Origin: an uncultured Candidatus Peribacteria bacterium
GTDB lineage: Bacteria > Patescibacteriota > Gracilibacteria > Peribacterales > Peribacteraceae
NCBI GenBank assembly: GCA_964645935.1
Contig: CAZYAK010000004.1
Span: forward strand, 1 to 52,659
Direction of reading: 5' to 3'
Length of the DNA: 52,659 nucleotides
A model generated the notes under the pieces. The model did not search any database and had not been told where the DNA came from. It saw only the letters and a list, made by a program, of their open reading frames with translations. Positions 8,514 to 15,889 of the stretch are shown here, piece after piece. The translations under genes were made by a program, and so were the position numbers. Every line of letters starts with the position of its first letter. Position 1 is the first letter of the stretch.

Positions 8514-9770
8514 TCACTTAGCGTTCTGACATTCCTGTGCAGCATCGTACAAGGTCCCAGTTGTAAAGCGGGCGGGAAAATTTTTCCATGTCGTAAACAT
8601 GTGTTGTACCTCACCTTCATGTTCAGCCGAATACGACATCTCGAACATCAGGTCTCCAACATCCACGTACACAACGTAGTGCATTCCTTCCGCGAGATAC
8701 CCGCCCCCTAATCCATCCACAGATTCCGTTGTCCAAAAACGGTGCGCTGTTTTGCCGTCGATGCGGAGGCTTTCCACAGAATGCGCAGTGCGTTTGTTGG
8801 GAATGTGGGGATTCCCTTCGGCATTCAGTTGCCGCACTACCTCAATCCGCTCGGAGGCAGGTAAGAGTTTTTGTTTGCGATTATTCGTAAAATAACCATC
8901 CGAATTCGCTTCTGAACGTGCATACAACGATATATCCAAAGGACCCAGGCGACCTGCGATTGCACATGACGGTTCCCATATGCCGAAGGTATTGCTACCC
9001 ATGCCTCCAGACTCCGGGGAATATTGCATGCTGTATCCCACTACGTCATTCCTGTAGGTATCCCACTCTGAAGGTGGCGATACCGGTGTTGTTGCAGGGC
9101 TCTCCAATTGCTCATATGAACGTGACTGTTTACTGGAGATTCCGGCATGCAAGCGGTAGATCATTTCAGCCATTTCCCCGCGCGTTACACCATCCTGAAA
9201 CGATGTAATAGAAAGAGGAATGGCATTGCGCTCCTCGAGGGCTAGGACATGTCGCTTGTACCAAATGTCGCCTCGTGCCGCTGCCTGCATGCAGAGCACA
9301 CTATTTTCACCATCGCAATTCATGGGAGGTTCACCGATACCGAAAGCTCCTACAAGGATCTTGGAAGCGGCGACAAAATTTATGTCCTCTGCAGGCCGAA
9401 ACTGAGCCTTGCCGCCGGTCACCAAGTGCCCTTGGATGATTCCGCGAACCGTTCCAACGCAGACGTACCGTGCGAACCAGTCTGTACCGGCGATATCACC
9501 ATATCGCATGAGGTTGTTTATATTGCAACTCCGCAGCTCTTCTTGTGTTGCGACGGCTCCGATAATGATTTTGGTAAATTCCGCGCGGTTAATCACCTGG
9601 TCTGGCTTGTACGTTCCATCGAGATAGCCAGACACCATCCCCTGTGTTTCAACGTATTGAATGGCTTCAAGATTTGCATGTCGGGAAGGCACATCACGAA
9701 AGAGTGCGTGAGCTCGTGCCGGCGAAGCGACAATCGCAAGTACAGCCAATACGTACAATCTTCGTATCAT
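8514..9770 (-). CDS. secreted S-layer-homology (SLH) domain protein
   Basis: ORF 8514..9770(-). Signal peptide MIRRLYVLAVLAIVASPARA. Three SLH-like repeats (FRDVPSRHANLEAIQYVETQGMVSGYLDGTYKPDQVINRAEFTKII; …GTDWFARYVCVG…FRPAEDINFVAASKIL; …WYKRHVLALEERNAIP…FQDGVTRGEMAEMIYRL), then an unassigned ~200-aa C-terminal domain. Low GC. Confidence 0.75.
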   Translation of the reverse strand: MIRRLYVLAVLAIVASPARAHALFRDVPSRHANLEAIQYVETQGMVSGYLDGTYKPDQVINRAEFTKIIIGAVATQEELRSCNINNLMRYGDIAGTDWFARYVCVGTVRGIIQGHLVTGGKAQFRPAEDINFVAASKILVGAFGIGEPPMNCDGENSVLCMQAAARGDIWYKRHVLALEERNAIPLSITSFQDGVTRGEMAEMIYRLHAGISSKQSRSYEQLESPATTPVSPPSEWDTYRNDVVGYSMQYSPESGGMGSNTFGIWEPSCAIAGRLGPLDISLYARSEANSDGYFTNNRKQKLLPASERIEVVRQLNAEGNPHIPNKRTAHSVESLRIDGKTAHRFWTTESVDGLGGGYLAEGMHYVVYVDVGDLMFEMSYSAEHEGEVQHMFTTWKNFPARFTTGTLYDAAQECQNAK

Positions 9771-9912
9771 AAGAGGTTGAGGATGGAGAAAACCTACGGC
9801 AATGATCTTTTATACGGAAGCGCAGTTGATGGTGACGCGAGGGTACAGTGTACGCCTTGAATTTCCGCTGCCCCCTTCGTTCGCAGTCTCACAGGGGTGT
9901 CCTTGCCTCGGT

Positions 9913-10517
9913 TTAGGTAGGCTTCGCTTCGATTGCAGTAATCACCCCGAAGCAAGATTGCCGAGTAGATAGGATCTCGAATCCTGCGTCTCTCACCAAC
10001 TTCGGTATGTCCTGATTCCATCGGCAACCCATGTGTCGCTTGTACCATGCGTCTGCGTAGCGATCCTGCAATCGCGCCAGCCACTTTACGCTGCTTCGAC
10101 CATGCTGCACCAGTAATGCCTTCCCTTCGGGCTGGCAGACTCTTGCCATTTCACGGAGGGATTGAACGGGATCGGGAATGGTACAAAGGCTCAGTGACAT
10201 CACTACCGTATCGAATGAATGGTCGGGAAAAGAGAGATGATGTGCGTCCATAGGGAGCAGGTTGACCTTCTTCTGAAATCTCTCTGCAGCATGTTAGTGC
10301 TGAGATCAATAGCGGTTATGGCGCAATCGGGCGGGTATTCAGAGAATGTTCGGCCTGTCCCAACAGCAACCTCTAAGACGTTCCCCGTGGCCTTTTGCAG
10401 TAGTTCCCTGCGCAGCCTCTTGGTGCCTGTTAATCGCTCGATGATCGCAATGTGAAAGTCATACCAAGACGCTTCTTTGTCATACTGCTGCCGAATTTCT
10501 TCCTGAGTGAATTGCAT
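9913..10517 (-). pseudogene. frameshifted class I SAM methyltransferase (Methyltransf_11/UbiE-like)
   Basis: Two adjacent ORFs in different frames. 10203..10532(-) carries motif I (VLEVAVGTGRTF…ITAIDLSTNML). 9913..10251(-) carries the continuation (MDAHHLSFPDHSFDTVVMSLSLCTIPDP…). The second frame reads …AERFQKKVNLLPMDAHH directly after the shift. The shift maps to the TCTCTCT/(AG)n run at about 10279-10292. Confidence 0.6.
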
Positions 10518-10523
10518 TGGCTG

Positions 10524-10599
10524 TGGTGCCACGGGCCGGGCTTGAACCGGCGACCCCAGGCTTATGAGTCCTGTGCTCTACCAGCTGAGCTACCGTGGC
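10524..10599 (-). tRNA. tRNA-Met(CAT): tRNA with CAT anticodon (Met; Ile2-lysidine type not excluded), CCA encoded
   Basis: The reverse complement reads GCCACGGTAGCTCAGCTGGTAGAGCACAGGACTCATAAGCCTGGGGTCGCCGGTTCAAGCCCGGCCCGTGGCACCA. 7-bp acceptor stem GCCACGG/CCGTGGC, D-loop AGCTCAGCTGGTAGAGC, T-loop GGTTCAAGCCC. 76 nt. Confidence 0.9.
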
Positions 10600-10674
10600 A
10601 TTCTGGTGACGGTGGTGCAAATAACAGATTCGCGATCGAGCTCTTCTTTGTTGCCGCACGCAACGCGCGGCTGG

Positions 10675-10693
10675 CAGCTGAGCTACCGTGGCA
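10675..10693. repeat. 19-nt exact duplicate of the 5' end of tRNA-Met (copy of 10582-10600)
   Basis: cagctgagctaccgtggca occurs at 10582-10600 (inside the tRNA) and again at 10675-10693. The sequence after the second copy does not fold into a cloverleaf. Confidence 0.6.
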
Positions 10694-10825
10694 CCTGGAG
10701 ACCGGGAGAGTATGCAGGAGCGGAGCCGGGGATTGAAGTCTTTTTTCCGTATGGAGTGGGCAAGGCCGTTGCTCAACGAGAGAAGCACCTATAAGATAGT
10801 ACCAATCAATTTACCTTATTTGTCC

Positions 10826-11260
10826 ATGCATCGTCTTCGCTCTCTCCCGCTTTTCCTCTGCGTCCTGCTCCTCGCCGCCTGCGCAGGAGGCCAGACGTCT
10901 GCTGATGTGCCGAGCGACGACCAGCCGGATGGCCCGACCATTGAGGAGAAGCAGCAGCCCGACGAGGGTGAGGAAGCTCCGGCGGAGGCGCGTGTTATCC
11001 AGATCAGCGCGAGGGCCGGGGAATTCGATCCCGCCGAGATCACCATCGGCAAGGACGAGCGTGTGATCTTGCGACTCAATGGCGCAGAGGGAACGCACGG
11101 GTTTTCTGTGCCGGAGCTCGGGATCAACCTCGCCGTGGGTGCCGGGCAGCAGGTCACTGTGGAGTTGCCGACGGACAAAGAGGGCGAATTCGACATCGTC
11201 TGCACTGCGTCGTGCGGCGAGGAGCCCGTCGTCCGCGGCAAGATCCGCGTGGAGTCCTGA
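10826..11260 (+). CDS. cupredoxin-like domain lipoprotein
   Basis: ORF 10688..11260(+) trimmed to MHRLRSLPLFLCVLLLAAC (lipobox). The C-terminal ~100 aa fit the cupredoxin_1/EfeO-N pattern (…GTHGFSVPELGINL…GEFDIVCTASCGEEPVVRGKIRV), but the usual His/Met copper ligands after the CxxCG are not evident. Confidence 0.65.
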   Translation: MHRLRSLPLFLCVLLLAACAGGQTSADVPSDDQPDGPTIEEKQQPDEGEEAPAEARVIQISARAGEFDPAEITIGKDERVILRLNGAEGTHGFSVPELGINLAVGAGQQVTVELPTDKEGEFDIVCTASCGEEPVVRGKIRVES

Positions 11261-11313
11261 GCGAGGACTTTCCGGGTACACTGTCGGCGTCCTCACCGAT
11301 CCCTCCGCCTTGC

Positions 11314-12018
11314 ATGTATATCCTCATTTTGCTCAGTATCGTCATGGTGACGCTCATCCTGCTGGTGCACCGCACGAACCTGCGTCACTACCGCATGGCG
11401 ATGATCACCGCGTACGTTCTGCTCATGGTCGCCTTCATGGCGTATTTCGCGCTGCAGCCCCCGCCTGTGAACCCCGATCCCAACCACACACATGCGGATT
11501 TTGCGGTGTTCGTGGACGGCGTGCAGCAGGATTTCGCCAAGCCAGAATTCATGTCCGGCCTGTCCGCCGACGAGTCCACCCATCCCCATGCGGGTCTGCG
11601 CACGTACCTGCACCTCCACGACGGCAATGGCACGGTCATCCACCGCCACAAGCCCGGCCTGACACTGGGGGAGTTCCTGCGGTCCGTTGGCACCGCCTTG
11701 AGGACGGAGGGCCAGAATCTCTGCGTGGACTTCCCGCAGGCACCCGAGGTCTGCCAGGACGAGGCGCAGCACAAAAACTGGCTCATGGCCGTTAATGGCC
11801 AAGTCCGTGCGCTGGATACCGCATACGTCTTCCAGGACGAGGACCGCATCCTCATCTTCAATACCGCCCCGGAAGAAGACGCGGAGACCCTGCACAAGCG
11901 CTACGAGTCCGCTCTCACGTCCGATGCGTGCAGGTACTCCAAGACGTGCCCTTGGAAGGGTGCCCCGCCCACTGAGAACTGCATCGCGGATCCTACGGTG
12001 CCCTGTCTCGGCGTCTGA
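11314..12018 (+). CDS. His/Cys-rich membrane-anchored hypothetical protein
   Basis: ORF 11212..12018(+) trimmed to MYILILLSIVMVTLILLV…. Two N-terminal TM helices. His clusters (NHTHADF, STHPHAG, YLHLHDGNGTVIHRHKPG) and a Cys-rich tail (CRYSKTCPWKG…NCIADPTVPC). Confidence 0.55.
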   Translation: MYILILLSIVMVTLILLVHRTNLRHYRMAMITAYVLLMVAFMAYFALQPPPVNPDPNHTHADFAVFVDGVQQDFAKPEFMSGLSADESTHPHAGLRTYLHLHDGNGTVIHRHKPGLTLGEFLRSVGTALRTEGQNLCVDFPQAPEVCQDEAQHKNWLMAVNGQVRALDTAYVFQDEDRILIFNTAPEEDAETLHKRYESALTSDACRYSKTCPWKGAPPTENCIADPTVPCLGV

Positions 12019-12048
12019 CGAAACTGCCCCGCATGCGTGCGTGCTTCG

Positions 12049-13164
12049 TCAGCTTCCCTGAACGTGCACGTCCGCGCGGAGGCGGCCCATGCTGCAGGTG
12101 AGCAAGAAGTCGTGCTGCGGATTGATGATGGGCCCCAGCCAGTTGGCACCCTTTTTGATGACCGTAGTGAGGTTGTAGGCGGGCGCAGTGAGGAAATTGG
12201 CGCAGCCCGAGAGGTTCTCGGGCGCCAGCGCGTACACCCACGTTTCCACGCCCGGGCGAATGGTAAACCTGCCGGGGGAGTACCCGTCGTCGAAGATGTA
12301 CATCGTCACCACCTGGCGGCCGTCAGGAGCGATGGAGACGTAGGGGTCATCCTGTGTAGTGTCGGGCATGGGCTCACCCGTGACGAACGACACCACGCGC
12401 TCCAGGGCGCGGGTGTTGTCGACTCCCGCGAGCGTGAGGCCGCTCTGAAGGTTGAGGACACCGAGGAGCAGTACCAGCGTGCCGGAGAATGAGAGGAACA
12501 CGCGGCGGAACGCTCCCTCGCTCAACGAGCTCAGTAGGCTGATGCCCACGAGCGCGGGGAGGGTCCCAAGCGCGAACGTGGCCATGATGGCTGCGCCCGT
12601 GGCCGCGTTGCCGGAGGCCAGGGCGAGGAGTTGCATGGATTGCGTGAAGCCGCACGGCAAGAAGAACGTGAAGGCTCCGAGCGCCAGTGCAGCCGCCGGA
12701 TGGTGAGAATCGCGCAGGTGCGTGATGCGCTCACGCAGGCGTCGCGACAGGGGCAGCGTGCAAAACTTCTTGGGCACAAGGCGCAGGATGTTGAGGCCGA
12801 GCAGGAGCATCACCGCGGAGACGAGGATGGTGAGGTAGCCCGTGCCGCGACTGGAGAGCCCCACGGCCGTGCCCAAGAACCCTACGAGGCCACCGAGCAC
12901 CGCGTATCCAAGGATGCGCCCGGTGTTAAAGAGCAACAGAGGCTCCAGCTTCTGCCACCGCGTAGCGTTCGGGCGCGCATCGGCCCACTTCGCAGAGACC
13001 GAGAGGAGCAAGCCGCCCACCACCGCGAGGCACGTGGAGCCGGCCGCTACCACGCCTGTGAGGAAGACAGCGCCGAGGCCCACTGCACCCTGCACCGATG
13101 CCGACAGGGCGAACACCCCTGTGCGTCTGAACACCGCGTACGCCGCGAGCAAGACCACGAGCAT
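12049..13164 (-). CDS. TauE/SafE- or DsbD_2-like polytopic membrane protein fused to a C-terminal cupredoxin-like domain
   Basis: C-terminal 371 aa of ORF 12049..13833(-). ATG at 13164 is preceded by GGAG about 9 nt upstream; an alternative GTG lies at 13227. About 6 TM helices with FFLPCGFTQSM. C-terminal beta domain …FTIRPGVETWVYAL…FLLTCSMGRLRADVHV. The upstream 220-aa extension overlaps the ppcA strand region and is rejected. Confidence 0.65.
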   Translation of the reverse strand: MLVVLLAAYAVFRRTGVFALSASVQGAVGLGAVFLTGVVAAGSTCLAVVGGLLLSVSAKWADARPNATRWQKLEPLLLFNTGRILGYAVLGGLVGFLGTAVGLSSRGTGYLTILVSAVMLLLGLNILRLVPKKFCTLPLSRRLRERITHLRDSHHPAAALALGAFTFFLPCGFTQSMQLLALASGNAATGAAIMATFALGTLPALVGISLLSSLSEGAFRRVFLSFSGTLVLLLGVLNLQSGLTLAGVDNTRALERVVSFVTGEPMPDTTQDDPYVSIAPDGRQVVTMYIFDDGYSPGRFTIRPGVETWVYALAPENLSGCANFLTAPAYNLTTVIKKGANWLGPIINPQHDFLLTCSMGRLRADVHVQGS

Positions 13165-13365
13165 CGCCGCAGTCTCCAGCCAACGTCGCGCGTATCCTCC
13201 GGTGCTCTTGGGACGGGAATCGCTCACCTTGCGTGGAAGGACGCGTGGCCGGGCTGGGCGCTTGGTTGATGCCAACGGTTGGCATCCTAGCACAGATGCA
13301 GGGCTTAGAAGAGCCGAAAGGCCGTCTTTTCGCGCGACGCGCTCCGGTCCGCTAGGCTGCTCCCG

Positions 13366-14916
13366 ATGGCTTGGCCCCCGATCACCATGGCGACCCAGCA
13401 CCCCGACAACGCGGGGAAGCCGTGGTGGTCCGATTCTGCGTTCGTTTCCACACAGGAGGAGATCGAGGAGATGCTCATCCTCTTCGATCATTTTGCCATC
13501 GACGAGTACATGTGGGATTGGGAGGGGAAGTACGTGGACGAAGCGGTGGGGGAGAAGCTCTTCTCGCGCGCGGAGGCGTACTTCCACAAGCGGCCGCTCG
13601 GTGACGCCCTCCACCTCACCTACCGCATCCCGGCCTTCGATGGCGAGAAGATGCACCGCATGGCGCGCGCCTTCATGAACATCCTCAGCCTCGCGGACTT
13701 CGGCAAAGATATCGGGCTCGCGCACCCACCGGTTACCGAGATGTTCCTGCCCCTTACCACCTCCGCGGAGCAGCCCATGCGCGTGCGCGAGGTTTTCCGG
13801 GAGATCGCTGGCTACCACCGCCGGATCTTCCACTCCGCGGGCACCGGAGGGGCCCTGGCCGCGGACGACGAGCTGCTCAGTACATTTTCTGTCACACCGC
13901 TCGTGGAGGACACCGACTCACTCTTCGGTATCGAGAAGATCATGCGACCGTACTGGGAGAGCCTGGTGGCGGAGAAGAAGCCCGATCTCCCCAAGCGCGG
14001 CCAACGCGTCTTCCTCGCGCGCTCGGACCCCGCTATGAACGCCGGCATCGTACCCGCAGTTCTTGCCGTGAAGTCCGCGCTCAGCACGCTCCATGCGCTT
14101 GGCCGCGAGCTGGGGTTCCACGTACACCCCGTTATCGGCACGGGGAGCCTGCCGTTCCGAGGCTCCGTGAACCCGCTGTACCTGGAGTCGTTCCTCACGC
14201 AGTACGCGGGCGTGCGCACGTACTCCATTCAATCCGCCTTCCGCTACGACTACCCCAAGGAGCTGGTGGACCAGGCGCTTCGCACCATCAAGCTCGAGGC
14301 CCCGCGCAGGCGCGCCACAGACCTCTCTGTGGAGGAACACACGCGCATCCGCTCCGTGTCCGACCTCTTCACGCGCCTCTGGAAGCCAACCATCGAGCCT
14401 ATCGCCCAGCTCATCAACGACGTCGCGCGCTTCGTGCCCGCGCGGCGCGAGCGCCTGCAACACATCGGCCTCTTCGGCTACAGCCGGGGGATCGGCAAGG
14501 TGAAGCTCCCGCGCGCCATTGGCTTTACCGCGGCGCTCTACTCTGTGGGCGTTCCGCCTGAGCTCATCACCACGGGCCGTGGGCTCAAGGCTGCCAAGGA
14601 GGCCGGCTTGCTGGATGCCGTGGAGACGCACTACCCCGCGCTGCGCGCGGACCTCCGCCACGCCGGCAAGTACCTTAACCGCGAGAACCTTGCCATCCTT
14701 GCCAAGGAGCAGCCCGAGTTCGCGGATGTCCAAGAGGACGTCGCGCTCATCGAATCCCTCCTGGAGATCCCGTTGGAGCCCGAAAAGCCCCATCACCTCA
14801 TCCACCGCAACCTCACCTCCACCATCCTCCAGCGCCTGCGCCAGGGCGATCCGTCCCAGGAGGCCATGCAGCGCGACATCGTGGAGGCGGGCGTGATCCG
14901 GCGGAGCCTGGGCTGA
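13366..14916 (+). CDS. ppcA: archaeal-type phosphoenolpyruvate carboxylase (PEPcase_2 family)
   Basis: ORF 13366..14916(+), 516 aa. N-terminal signature MATQHPDN, and the length and overall sequence match the ~520-aa archaeal-type PEPC rather than the ~900-aa bacterial Ppc. The start may be the ATG at 13387. Confidence 0.8.
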   Translation: MAWPPITMATQHPDNAGKPWWSDSAFVSTQEEIEEMLILFDHFAIDEYMWDWEGKYVDEAVGEKLFSRAEAYFHKRPLGDALHLTYRIPAFDGEKMHRMARAFMNILSLADFGKDIGLAHPPVTEMFLPLTTSAEQPMRVREVFREIAGYHRRIFHSAGTGGALAADDELLSTFSVTPLVEDTDSLFGIEKIMRPYWESLVAEKKPDLPKRGQRVFLARSDPAMNAGIVPAVLAVKSALSTLHALGRELGFHVHPVIGTGSLPFRGSVNPLYLESFLTQYAGVRTYSIQSAFRYDYPKELVDQALRTIKLEAPRRRATDLSVEEHTRIRSVSDLFTRLWKPTIEPIAQLINDVARFVPARRERLQHIGLFGYSRGIGKVKLPRAIGFTAALYSVGVPPELITTGRGLKAAKEAGLLDAVETHYPALRADLRHAGKYLNRENLAILAKEQPEFADVQEDVALIESLLEIPLEPEKPHHLIHRNLTSTILQRLRQGDPSQEAMQRDIVEAGVIRRSLG

Positions 14917-14947
14917 GAACCTGCCTGGAGGAAAGCGGCATCAAGCT

Positions 14948-15036
14948 GTCGTGGTGAGCCCGTCGAACCATGACGCTCTGGAGACACGTCCTCCGGGATC
15001 GCGCGTCGCCCTTCGACGAGCTCAGGGTGACACGCG
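14948..15036. repeat. intergenic repeat locus R1 (V-type unit plus a short U-like end)
   Basis: 14948-14998 matches the reverse complement of 35514-35564 at 47 of 51 positions (gtcRtggtgagcccgtcgaaccatgacgctctgga…tcctccggga). 15008-15036, gcccttcgacgagctcagggtgacacgcg, resembles the flanks of the U repeat. Confidence 0.65.
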
Positions 15037-15099
15037 TTCTCGGATGAGATCAGTACGCATTTCTTGCCGTCCGGCAGCGCTGTTTGTACGATCTCCCCG

Positions 15100-15609
15100 A
15101 TGGATGATCCCACCCCCACGAGCGGCCAGCCGCCCTCCGATCCGGCGACCCAGGACCTCTCTGCGCAGGTGGCGGAGTTGCAGGCCCAAGTCGCGCGCCT
15201 CACCGACGTGGCCGGCCGCGCGCAGGCGGACCTGCAGAACGCCAAGACCCGGATGCAACGCGACGGCGACGAGATCCGCAAGTACGCCGCGGAATCCGTG
15301 CTGCGCCGGCTGCTGCCCGTCGTGGACAACTTCCAGCGCGCCTTCGGGCATCTTTCCGAGGAGCTCAAGGCAAACGACTGGGTAAGGGGGGTGCAGGCCA
15401 TCGAGCAGACATTGCTTAAGGAGCTCGCGGAGATGGGCCTCACGAAGATGCAGACGCTGGGAGAGCAGGTGGATGCCGCCAAGCACGAGGTGCTCACGGT
15501 GGGTCCGGGCACAGAAGGCGAGGTCATCGAGATCTTCGAGGATGGGTACGAGCTCAACGGGAAGGTTATTCGGCCGGCGAAAGTGCGGGTGGGGGGAGGG
15601 GCGGCGTGA
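15100..15609 (+). CDS. grpE: nucleotide exchange factor GrpE
   Basis: ORF 15064..15609(+, TTG) trimmed to the ATG at 15100 (MDDPTPTS…). Coiled-coil region AELQAQVARLTD…, then the GrpE core RKYAAESVLRRLLPVVDNFQRA… and …HEVLTV…IEIFEDGYELNGKVIRPAKVRV. Confidence 0.85.
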   Translation: MDDPTPTSGQPPSDPATQDLSAQVAELQAQVARLTDVAGRAQADLQNAKTRMQRDGDEIRKYAAESVLRRLLPVVDNFQRAFGHLSEELKANDWVRGVQAIEQTLLKELAEMGLTKMQTLGEQVDAAKHEVLTVGPGTEGEVIEIFEDGYELNGKVIRPAKVRVGGGAA

Positions 15610-15889
15610 GTTGACTTGCGTAAACACGATCGATTCAGCCGCAGCCAAACACACACAAACACCCAGCCGCACTGGTCCCGCGGTGCGGGCTGGTCAGGGT
15701 AGCAGCTGCCATGATCGCCGCCCGCAGGTCGAAGATCTGCGGCTGGGCTGAGGGAGGCACGACGCGGTAAGCTGCATCCGAATTGTGCGTTGTCCGGTCG
15801 AAGCCGGATTGATCGTCACCCGCGGGGCGGGACCCCCGCGGCTGGGTATGGGGTGCACCTGAGGTGGGGCGCCGCTTCTCGTTTTTCAC

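Noticed and set aside
10603-10693. A possible second tRNA adjacent to tRNA-Met, because it starts with the same 18 nt (GCCACGGTAGCTCAGCTG).
   Set aside because: The rest cannot form a cloverleaf. There is no complementary acceptor 3' strand, and the only 7-nt loop candidate (CGTTGCG) lacks U33 and a purine at position 37. No GTTCRANYC T-loop is present. It is reported only as a repeat or tRNA fragment.
15691-15710. An SRP (4.5S) RNA-like word, GGTCAGG…AGCAGC, in the grpE-murD gap.
   Set aside because: The apical helix-8 segment with its GNRA tetraloop (…GGUCC-GGAA-GGAAGCAGC…) is missing, so the two words are directly adjacent and no matching closing helix could be drawn. Only a covariance-model search could rescue this.
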